From contig CAZPWM010000058.1 in assembly GCA_964590575.1 (NCBI GenBank), forward strand, positions 1 through 19,701: a stretch of 19,701 nucleotides of DNA. The letters are read 5' to 3'. The position numbers were made by a program, and so were the translations under genes. Shown piece by piece: positions 7,227 through 14,810 of the stretch (position 1 is its first letter; every line of letters starts with the position of its first letter). The notes under the pieces are model-generated. The model saw only the letters and a program-made list of their open reading frames with translations, had not been told where the DNA came from and did no database searches. Origin of the DNA: an uncultured archaeon. GTDB lineage: Archaea > Asgardarchaeota > Thorarchaeia > Thorarchaeales > Thorarchaeaceae.

Positions 7227-9785
7227 TCATCTTGTGCTCTGAATGAAGGACGTCTGCTTCTTTTGCTGCTCCTCCCATTTTTTGCGTTCAGCTCGAAGTT
7301 GAAAGAGATCTACGTCCTTGTATATGATGCCTTCCTCTCCTTTGGGGACATTTCTTTCAATGCGTTCCTTTTCTGGCGTATAGATTAACGAGCCGCCAAA
7401 TTCCGCCACATTTGCGAAGAAGCAGTATGCGTAGATGGACCTTCTAGCATCAAAATGTGCGGCATTGAAATCTTCAGTAACTGGAGTAAATGCAGGATTT
7501 ATCACTAAATCTACTGGATGGTCCGAGTTCTTCAGCTCCACTCTAAGATCCATATCAAGAAAATCGCGACAGATTGCAATTGCAATCCTTCCATACTCCG
7601 TGTTGCATATAATGACTCTCTTGGAATCCTTGGCTGTTTCTATTCTCTCTATGAATCTCTTACCCTCAATGTTGATAATCGCAGGAATATGCTTCTCTTG
7701 TTCCCAGAGAATGCCTTCAGGTCCAAAGACTCTGCAGATATTGCGCTTGGATTCTTTGTCATGGTATGAACCTGGTATGATATACATTCCAAATTTCTTA
7801 GTGAGCTCTGTTAAATCTTGGACAAATTGGTCAAAGCTGAGGTCGATTGTCATCTCTGGGAAAATAAGGAGATTGACTCCTTCTGAGTGAGCTTTCTCTA
7901 TCATACTTCTCATCATCAATCTTATTGGTTCAATCGATTCACATCGAAGTCCAATGCGTCCATCCACCTTCTCCTCATACAGTTCATTCAGAATATCACC
8001 TTCCCTCGAGAGTCCCATCTGTGCTATACCCACTCTAAACTTGCCTCTCTCTGATCTCTCTGTCCCCTTAAGCAGGTCTCTGTGAACCATTTTGTACTTT
8101 GATTTTCTGGAATCTATACTTGATTCAATTCCGAGAGTTTCCACAGTCTTCTGTACCATTCTTTCAAGCAGGTCATTTAAGTTGGTGAGGTCGACCATCT
8201 CCTGCGTTGATGTTTCCTTTTTGATGATTGATTCCCATTTCTGCTGTTGATGTTGAAGAAGAGTAATCTCACTTTCCACAGTCTTAGCTAATCTGTACAG
8301 ACCTTTTTCATCCGCTAATTCTTTTGCCTTTGCCATCAATTTCCGTGCTTGTCGAAATTCGAAAGTGACTATTGCTAGCTTTGACTGAAGTAGATAGGTT
8401 TCTACGATGAGTGGATGTGAAGCTTGTTCTTTAGCAATCTCTACGAGACGTTGAGTAAGATCTTTGATTTTCTGGAGAATTTCATCCTCTCCAGTGGCTT
8501 TCAATTCAATTAGTAACAAGTCGCATAGGTGAATCATAGCAGTGACAGTCACAGTGTGATCAGCGATATCTTCCTCAACTACCCGCTCAAGAATTTCTTC
8601 AGCCCTCACTCTGTCGCGAGTGCGACCACTTTTCTTGAGGAAGAGAGCATTGGAGACCCGATATTGTAGGTTGACCACAATGCTATCTGATTCTTCATTT
8701 ACCTGTTCAAGTTTTATCAGGTATTCTTTAGCTAGGTTAGCATCGAAACCCTCCAAGGCTAACCCTACAAGCTCACTAAGAACTGATGCAATCAATCTGG
8801 TATTTCCCATATCTTCAGAGATGGCTAAGCTGCGTTGGTAATACTCTAATGCTATCTCAGGATTGTTCTTTCTTCTAAAACACTCACCGATATTAGTAAG
8901 CGTAAGAGCGATTCCTTCTTTGGCTCCCATATCTTCGTATATGAGTAGACTACGCTGATAGAACTCCAAGGCGTAATCTAGTTCACCCTTTAAGCTGTAT
9001 ATCTCACCTAAATTATTGAGCGCAAGAGCAAACTCTGGTCCAATGCTAAGATGTTCCTGGATAGCCAAGCTTTTGTTGTAACACTTAGCAGCTTCGTTTA
9101 GGTTTCCCTTCAATCTGAAAATGACACCGACGTTGACAAGTGACACTGCAACATCTTGCTTGGAAGCCACCTTCTCTTTCATTGCTAAACTCTGTTGATG
9201 ATATTCCAACGCCTTGTCTAACTCCCCCTTTGATGCACTGATGTTACCAAGGTTATTCAGTACTCTGGACATTGCACTCTCATCTTTCAGTTCCTCGCAG
9301 ATTGCTAGACTTTCCTTGTAGTATTCTGTAGCCAAATCGAGATTTCCCTTTGTCCAAAATACTAGTCCAATATTATTGAAGGCTCCAGAAATACCCTTTC
9401 TATCTTCAAGCTTCTCTTTAATTCTAAGACATTGTTGATGACATTCTAGTGCTTGTTCTAAGTCCCCCCTGTACCAATGAATGACCCCCGTCTGTGAAAG
9501 TAAATTTCCTTTTCGTTTCTGAAGTTCTTCATCTTCTTCAACCTGTTCTAATCCAATAGAAGAGATCAGCATCTCAGCCTTCTCTACCGTATCAAGACCT
9601 TCATCTAGCCTACCCGAACGCCATGAAATTTCTGCTTTAAGAATCAGGGCATCTAACGTCATTAGAGGGTCATTGAGCTCTTCATTTACAGAAAGAGCCC
9701 GAATGATTTCAAGAGCCTCTTCGTATTCTCCTTTCTCGCTTAGGTTCCTAGCGCGAGAAAGCTCTTCCAGAACAGAATCTTTCAC
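7227..9785 (-). CDS. TPR-repeat protein fused to a C-terminal carbon-nitrogen hydrolase (nitrilase-fold) domain
   Basis: Tandem ~40-aa TPRs (NNIGLVFWTKGNLDLATEYYKESLAI etc.) are followed by a helical linker. The C-terminal domain (~8042-7227) has RVGIAQ and the triad IFPE (7854-7856), QEKH (7692-7694) and AICRD (7569-7571). GTG start at 9785. Confidence 0.88.
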   Translation of the reverse strand: MKDSVLEELSRARNLSEKGEYEEALEIIRALSVNEELNDPLMTLDALILKAEISWRSGRLDEGLDTVEKAEMLISSIGLEQVEEDEELQKRKGNLLSQTGVIHWYRGDLEQALECHQQCLRIKEKLEDRKGISGAFNNIGLVFWTKGNLDLATEYYKESLAICEELKDESAMSRVLNNLGNISASKGELDKALEYHQQSLAMKEKVASKQDVAVSLVNVGVIFRLKGNLNEAAKCYNKSLAIQEHLSIGPEFALALNNLGEIYSLKGELDYALEFYQRSLLIYEDMGAKEGIALTLTNIGECFRRKNNPEIALEYYQRSLAISEDMGNTRLIASVLSELVGLALEGFDANLAKEYLIKLEQVNEESDSIVVNLQYRVSNALFLKKSGRTRDRVRAEEILERVVEEDIADHTVTVTAMIHLCDLLLIELKATGEDEILQKIKDLTQRLVEIAKEQASHPLIVETYLLQSKLAIVTFEFRQARKLMAKAKELADEKGLYRLAKTVESEITLLQHQQQKWESIIKKETSTQEMVDLTNLNDLLERMVQKTVETLGIESSIDSRKSKYKMVHRDLLKGTERSERGKFRVGIAQMGLSREGDILNELYEEKVDGRIGLRCESIEPIRLMMRSMIEKAHSEGVNLLIFPEMTIDLSFDQFVQDLTELTKKFGMYIIPGSYHDKESKRNICRVFGPEGILWEQEKHIPAIINIEGKRFIERIETAKDSKRVIICNTEYGRIAIAICRDFLDMDLRVELKNSDHPVDLVINPAFTPVTEDFNAAHFDARRSIYAYCFFANVAEFGGSLIYTPEKERIERNVPKGEEGIIYKDVDLFQLRAERKKWEEQQKKQTSFIQSTR

Positions 9786-10024
9786 AATCTCTCATCCTGA
9801 TACACTCATAGAAGTGAATGCGTAACCACACCTTTTCTACAGACACCTCATTTGCAAAAAAGGATTTCCAGCAGTGCGCCAATACTTGAAAGTAAATCCT
9901 TAAATCTAATTTCTTCATATGCTCCTTTACAATGCGAGGAAACATGACATTCCAGTATTGGTTCCACATTATTAGTGGGAACTAATGCTATGTCCTTTTC
10001 CTCGTGATGCCTGCGTTTTCTTTG

Positions 10025-10113
10025 TGGTCCTCTCGGGGGAGAGGACTAGGTCTGCGGACTGTAGCTTCACGCGAGCAGCCGCCTTGGATGTCTTTTCCTC
10101 ATTGGAGGTAAAA
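10025..10113 (+). promoter_or_regulatory. GC-rich structured leader (three hairpins) upstream of the 67-aa ORF
   Basis: Stem GTCCTCTC-gggg-GAGAGGAC at 10027-10046, a bulged stem at 10054-10082, and TTTTCCTC-attg-GAGG-t-AAAA at 10093-10113, which pairs with the SD. Confidence 0.4.
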
Positions 10114-10118
10114 CAAGA

Positions 10119-10322
10119 ATGTCAGGAAGTATTTCACGAAAACGGAAACACAAGGTAATACGTCAAAGTAGTAAGGAAGAGGTTAGATGGTACTTGAAGT
10201 TCTTTGCAGATATTATTGAGGATCATCACGAGAGGACGATGTTTCCAAATTCGGAGTATACTACTCTGACACCGGAACAGCTTCTTCGTTTAGTTCAGGG
10301 TGAACTCTTGAGTTCGAAGTAA
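10119..10322 (+). CDS. Small hypothetical protein, 67 aa, with a basic N-terminus (RKRKHK)
   Basis: Strong SD GGAGGT at 10104-10109, ATG at 10119, TAA at 10320-10322, followed by a hairpin and T-tract. Confidence 0.6.
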   Translation: MSGSISRKRKHKVIRQSSKEEVRWYLKFFADIIEDHHERTMFPNSEYTTLTPEQLLRLVQGELLSSK

Positions 10323-10351
10323 GACTCTGAATTATTCTAATCTGAAAAGTA

Positions 10352-10393
10352 AGAGGTGGGGAGGGTCTCATTTAACCCTCTACCTCTGTTTTT
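10352..10393. terminator. Terminator-like hairpin between convergent genes
   Basis: AGAGGT..GAGGGT-loop-ACCCTC.ACCTCT followed by GTTTTT, located between the stops at 10322 (+) and 10398 (-). Confidence 0.55.
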
Positions 10394-10397
10394 CTAA

Positions 10398-11186
10398 TCA
10401 TTTACGCCTTAGAAAGACCAGTGCAAGCACGATTATAACTGCGACACCTACACCTACGGTAATTAGCAGATACAGGATGTCAGGTGTTCCAGTTGTTGGT
10501 GTAGTTGTTGGCTCAGTAGTTGTTGGTGTCCAGACCGTGTCATTAACAACAATGTTGTCGATGGCAGCACCAATAGCATTCAAGCTACTAAACTCAAAAT
10601 ATGCTGAACTTGCGACATCGTTGCTAACAAAGTCCGTAACTTTAGTCCCATTGTGGTAAATGTAGAAATGACCTCCACTTGTTCTTGTAACAACAAAGTG
10701 GTGCCAACCTTCTATGCCTGTAACTGGTCGGAATTGATAAAAGAGAACTCCATCAGCTCCTCGCATCTCCCAAATGTCAAACCGGTCCATGGTTATGTAA
10801 GCTTCAACAGAAACAAACATTGAACTGTAATTGGTGATTGGTCTACTCCCATTTGACATGAATATAACATCGATAACTCCTACATTATCGTCATCATCAG
10901 GAACATACATATCGAAACTCCAGGTTCCAACATTCGTTGTACTGTCATATCTTGCAATGTTGTAATCATCATCAAGTGCGACCAATGCGCCACTTGCAGC
11001 TGAGTAGTTGCCTGCTATCGGAAGCGCAGTGGTTTCATTGTATCCTAGTATAGTCCAACCGTCATAGTTGCCATCATCGAAGTTATCACTCCACACAACA
11101 GTGGCTTCTGCCGTCCCTGTGAATATCGACATACAAAGTACGGACAACATCAGACAGGTGAGTATTGTAATCCTTCTAGTTTTCAT
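10398..11186 (-). CDS. Secreted, C-terminally membrane-anchored protein with a concanavalin A/LamG-like beta-sandwich
   Basis: Signal peptide MKTRRITIL..AEA, then WSDNFDDGNYDGW and GWHHFVVTR..FYIYHNG, a Thr/Pro linker, a TM helix and RRK. ATG 11186 with upstream GGGAG is preferred over GTG 11213. Confidence 0.78.
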   Translation of the reverse strand: MKTRRITILTCLMLSVLCMSIFTGTAEATVVWSDNFDDGNYDGWTILGYNETTALPIAGNYSAASGALVALDDDYNIARYDSTTNVGTWSFDMYVPDDDDNVGVIDVIFMSNGSRPITNYSSMFVSVEAYITMDRFDIWEMRGADGVLFYQFRPVTGIEGWHHFVVTRTSGGHFYIYHNGTKVTDFVSNDVASSAYFEFSSLNAIGAAIDNIVVNDTVWTPTTTEPTTTPTTGTPDILYLLITVGVGVAVIIVLALVFLRRK

Positions 11187-11213
11187 ATCAGGTTTCTCCC
11201 ATCCTTTGTCCAC

Positions 11214-11979
11214 ACGACAAAGAACTAAACCATGAGTATTCTCTTATTTGATATTATTGTTTCCCTTTGTGGGTATATGATGAAAAATGCCGAAGTCCGA
11301 GATGTTTCAGGCTATGATCTGAAATTCTTACATCGAATGATTTCTGAGCTTAATCACAAAGTTGTTTCGGAATGAAGCATATTATTGTCGATTATGTCCG
11401 AGAAACATCACCGTTTTTGTAATTATTTAGAAATTATAGATTTTGACCTGAAATTGCCCTACCGAATCTATGTTATTTTTAATTATGCAATTTGTTATAT
11501 TATTGAAATAGGTATTATTTAATAATTCAATGAATGTTTTAGCACACATTTTCAAACTAATATTAGATATTTCGAAACCATTCTGTGCATAGTTTTGTTT
11601 TAATTAGAAACCCTAGACGTTTCCCAGTGTATGAAAACGTCTATCAATTCTCAATTCATGTCATATTATGACCACATTATTCCAGAGATTTTATTCGACA
11701 ATATTTCGGTTATTTGCGTTCGAAAATGTACACATTAACACATTATTTGAACGAAATCTTGAATAGAATTCATTATTGATGTTCTATCTGGGACAATGAA
11801 GCATATAGAGTAATCTTACAGAATAATAGTATATTGACTAGGGCCTTGGAATTGAAGAATATCAGATCATTGGACCTCGAAAACTAAAAAAACTGATCAA
11901 ATGACCGACACTCGATGAATCATCGACATCATGAATTTTCCGACCCTGAAGCAGGACCTGTTTCAATAGGTGGCACAAG
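11214..11979. promoter_or_regulatory. Long AT-rich divergent promoter region with several palindromes
   Basis: No credible ORF. Palindromes at 11614-11643, 11660-11672 and 11912-11926, and direct repeat AATGAAGCATAT at 11371 and 11795. Confidence 0.5.
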
Positions 11980-12480
11980 ATGGTTCGTCAAAGACTCACT
12001 CCGTCATCAAGTTTTACACAAGAACTGATTTCATTTCCTGAAGGTGAAGTTATCAAGAAATGTATCGAATGTGGAGTTTGCACTGCGAGCTGTGCTATAG
12101 CTTCTTTGTCAAATAGCAATCCACGAAAGATTGTACAAAAGATATTGGTTGGAGCCAGAGAGCCTGTCTTGAATAGTGGTCAACACTGGTCGTGCATGAC
12201 CTGTCAGTTTTGTGAGAGTCGGTGTCAACACGGAGTTAGTCTTGCTGAAGTGTTTCGAGCTGTACGGATGGTTGCTATTCGGGATGGAAGAATCCCACTA
12301 GAAATCCAGACCGCGGCACAGACAATTATCAAAGACGGATGGTTACTCAAGGAATCCTACACTGACTATGTCGCTGATGAACGAGGCCAATTGGGCCTTA
12401 GTTCTCGGCTTAGTTGGAACAGTCGCTACACAGATCAGATTGGTTCAAAGTATTTCAAATCTGGAGGAAAGAGCGGGTGA
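11980..12480 (+). CDS. hdrC: Heterodisulfide reductase subunit C-like (copy 1, divergent)
   Basis: Two 4Fe-4S motifs, CIECGVCTASC and W.CMTCQFCESRC, plus NPRKIV; coupled to the following hdrB. Confidence 0.88.
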   Translation: MVRQRLTPSSSFTQELISFPEGEVIKKCIECGVCTASCAIASLSNSNPRKIVQKILVGAREPVLNSGQHWSCMTCQFCESRCQHGVSLAEVFRAVRMVAIRDGRIPLEIQTAAQTIIKDGWLLKESYTDYVADERGQLGLSSRLSWNSRYTDQIGSKYFKSGGKSG

Positions 12481-13373
12481 AAGAACTACTCCTGTTTCGG
12501 GGATGCACTACACCCGTGCACCTACCATCATACGAAGCAGCAACGCTTCTTGTGTTGAAGAAACTAGGAGTGAGAGTTTCACCGCTGAATAACGCCAACT
12601 GTTGCGGAGCTCAGAATATTGAAACATTGAACTCAAAGGCGCATTATGCTCTCTGTGGACGCCTTCTTGCCATGGCGGAAGCCCAGGGAAAGGATATCCT
12701 GACCATTTGTGGGTCTTGCTCGACATCTTTGAAACAAGCAAAGAAAATCTTGGATGCTGACAAGAATATCCAACGAGAAGTGAACAAGCTTCTAAAGACT
12801 GAAGGTCTCAAGTATAGCGGATCTGTTGAAGCAAAACATCTTCTTGATGTCTTTCAAGAGGACATAGGTTTATTGAAACTCAAGAACGCAATAACTAACC
12901 CGTATCCAAGTATTAGGATTGCTGCTTACTATGGATGCCACGCTGTGCGACCGCTTGGGATTGAATCAATTGGTAAAACAGAAACACCGGACATTATTGA
13001 CAAGATAATCACAATTGCAGGCGGGGTGTCTGTTTACTATGATGGGAAGTATCAGTGTTGTGGTGCTCCACTTCTAGTTTTTAATGAACAAATCGCTACT
13101 AAAATTGGAAGGAAGAAAATTACCAATATCCGATCATCTCGTGCAGAGTGTATTGTGACATCTTGTAGTTTCTGTACTATCCAATTAGCCCAAGTCCAAT
13201 TCATTGGTAGAGTCGGGACGAAACGAATACCAGTCCTGACATTGCCTCAATTTCTTGGCCCTGCTTTGGGAATACAAGATGAATCACTTGGTTTGCAAAT
13301 GAATCGAATTAACCCTAGTCAGATAACAGAACTATTAGTTGAATCGAGGAGTGACAATGGAATTTACGGATAA
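12477..13373 (+). CDS. hdrB: Heterodisulfide reductase subunit B-like (copy 1, divergent)
   Basis: Two CCG domains (FRGC..NCCG..CGSC; YYGCH..QCCG..CSFC). The start is GTG 12477, overlapping the hdrC stop (GTGA), with GGAGG at 12463-12467. Confidence 0.9.
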   Translation: MKELLLFRGCTTPVHLPSYEAATLLVLKKLGVRVSPLNNANCCGAQNIETLNSKAHYALCGRLLAMAEAQGKDILTICGSCSTSLKQAKKILDADKNIQREVNKLLKTEGLKYSGSVEAKHLLDVFQEDIGLLKLKNAITNPYPSIRIAAYYGCHAVRPLGIESIGKTETPDIIDKIITIAGGVSVYYDGKYQCCGAPLLVFNEQIATKIGRKKITNIRSSRAECIVTSCSFCTIQLAQVQFIGRVGTKRIPVLTLPQFLGPALGIQDESLGLQMNRINPSQITELLVESRSDNGIYG

Positions 13374-13917
13374 ATCCAAACCTTACAGAGGAGACTTTCC
13401 AGTCCGAGATGAGGATGTGAATAGTGATTTCAAGTATGAGGTTGCTAACCAGGTCGGAGGAGAAGGTCTTCTACGTTGCTTGAAATGTGGGGCTTGCAGT
13501 GGCGGATGTCCTGTGGGTTCGGTGATTGATTACAGACCTCGAAAGGTCTTGGGGAATGTACTGCTTGGTCTGAAAGACGAAGTTCTCTCAACCGACCAAA
13601 TCTGGTTATGTGCCGCTTGTTTCACATGCGAGGAGCGATGCGTTCAGCAGGTCAACTTTACTGATGTGGTCACTGTTCTTCGGAATATGGCAAGTAAAGA
13701 AGGTAACGCAGCTCCCGGCTACGTGAAAATGGCAGAGATGGTCATGAATAATGGGCGTGTGAGTACAAGAACCGGACTTGTCGACAAGATGCGTGAAACC
13801 CTAGGACTACCCGTTCTTCAGGAACCTGACATAGAGCAACTCAGGAAAATCATGCAAGCTGCTGGGTTTTATGAAGTGATAGAAGCCAACAAGAAAAAGG
13901 AGGTAGACTCAGAATGA
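13357..13917 (+). CDS. hdrC: Heterodisulfide reductase subunit C (copy 2)
   Basis: Motifs [26 protein letters not shown] and LRNMA. ATG 13357 is preceded by GAGGAGTGA. Confidence 0.92.
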   Translation: MEFTDKSKPYRGDFPVRDEDVNSDFKYEVANQVGGEGLLRCLKCGACSGGCPVGSVIDYRPRKVLGNVLLGLKDEVLSTDQIWLCAACFTCEERCVQQVNFTDVVTVLRNMASKEGNAAPGYVKMAEMVMNNGRVSTRTGLVDKMRETLGLPVLQEPDIEQLRKIMQAAGFYEVIEANKKKEVDSE

Positions 13918-14810
13918 AGAAAGCACTCGCGTGGGGTTGTCTAGTTCCAACTCGACGGTCTCTGATTGGATATGAAGCAGCCACAAGGAAGGTCTTGGAT
14001 CATCTAGGTATTGAAACAGTAGACATTCCCAACGAGACCTGCTGTGCTCCGTTTTGGATGCAGTCACTTGACCTCACAACATCAATCGCTATGGCTGCAA
14101 GGAATCTTGCCAAAGCAGAAGAGATGGGTCTTGATCTCTTGACTCCTTGCAGTGGTTGTTTCCACTCATACAAACGAGTGAACCATGTTCTAGAGACCTA
14201 TCCCGATATGCATGAGCGTGTAGATGACATCTTACGAAGTGTGGGGTTGAGTTATGAAGGAAAGGTCGAATCACGACATATTGTAGATTTCTTGTATACT
14301 GATATTGGTGCGGCAGAGCTTAAACGGAAATCCACCAGAGACCTGAGTAGTATCTCTATCGGCCTTAGGTATGGATGTCACATGCTCAAACCTCACGAGC
14401 TGCTTAACATCGAGTATTCTGAACGACCTACCTTTGCAGATGAACTCATTGAGCAGTTTGGTGTTAATAGTGTACAATACGCTGGTCGTCACAGATGTTG
14501 TGGAGGTCTCTTGAGAGGAGTGCAGGATGACGTTGCAGATCGTATCCTTCATGAGCGTCTTGTAGACGCAAACAATGCTGGAGTTGATGGTATCGTTACT
14601 GTCTGTTCACTCTGTCATCTACAGCACGATATGGGCCAGAGGAGTATCAAACGAAAATTCGGAATGGATGACCTCGAGATTCCAGTTCTGCATTTCCCAC
14701 AAATTCTTGCTCTTGGGTTTGGCTACTCCCCTGAAGAACTTGGACTCGACCTTCATACTGTGAAGACGGATAAACTTGTTGCGAAAATTATGGGGGGTGG
14801 TAGTAGATGA
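13914..14810 (+). CDS. hdrB: Heterodisulfide reductase subunit B (copy 2)
   Basis: Motifs WGC..TCCAP..CSGC and [29 protein letters not shown] overlaps at both ends. Confidence 0.92.
   Translation: MKKALAWGCLVPTRRSLIGYEAATRKVLDHLGIETVDIPNETCCAPFWMQSLDLTTSIAMAARNLAKAEEMGLDLLTPCSGCFHSYKRVNHVLETYPDMHERVDDILRSVGLSYEGKVESRHIVDFLYTDIGAAELKRKSTRDLSSISIGLRYGCHMLKPHELLNIEYSERPTFADELIEQFGVNSVQYAGRHRCCGGLLRGVQDDVADRILHERLVDANNAGVDGIVTVCSLCHLQHDMGQRSIKRKFGMDDLEIPVLHFPQILALGFGYSPEELGLDLHTVKTDKLVAKIMGGGSR

Noticed and set aside
7171-7575. 12-bp inverted repeat AATCTGTCGCGA (7171-7182 and 7564-7575)
   Set aside because: One copy is coding (AICRD), and such matches are expected by chance in 20 kb.
9748-9969. 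73-aa minus-strand ORF upstream of the TPR-nitrilase gene
   Set aside because: No motif or clear SD, and it overlaps the real start in another frame.
10021-10090. Possible tRNA or SECIS identity for the GC-rich element
   Set aside because: No cloverleaf or T-loop consensus on either strand, and it does not follow a UGA-containing gene.
11600-11700. ORB-like replication-origin motifs (GTTTCCCAGTG..GAAAAC, TTCCAGAG)
   Set aside because: The match is weak, there is no G-string or repeated ORB, and no cdc6/orc1 gene is nearby.
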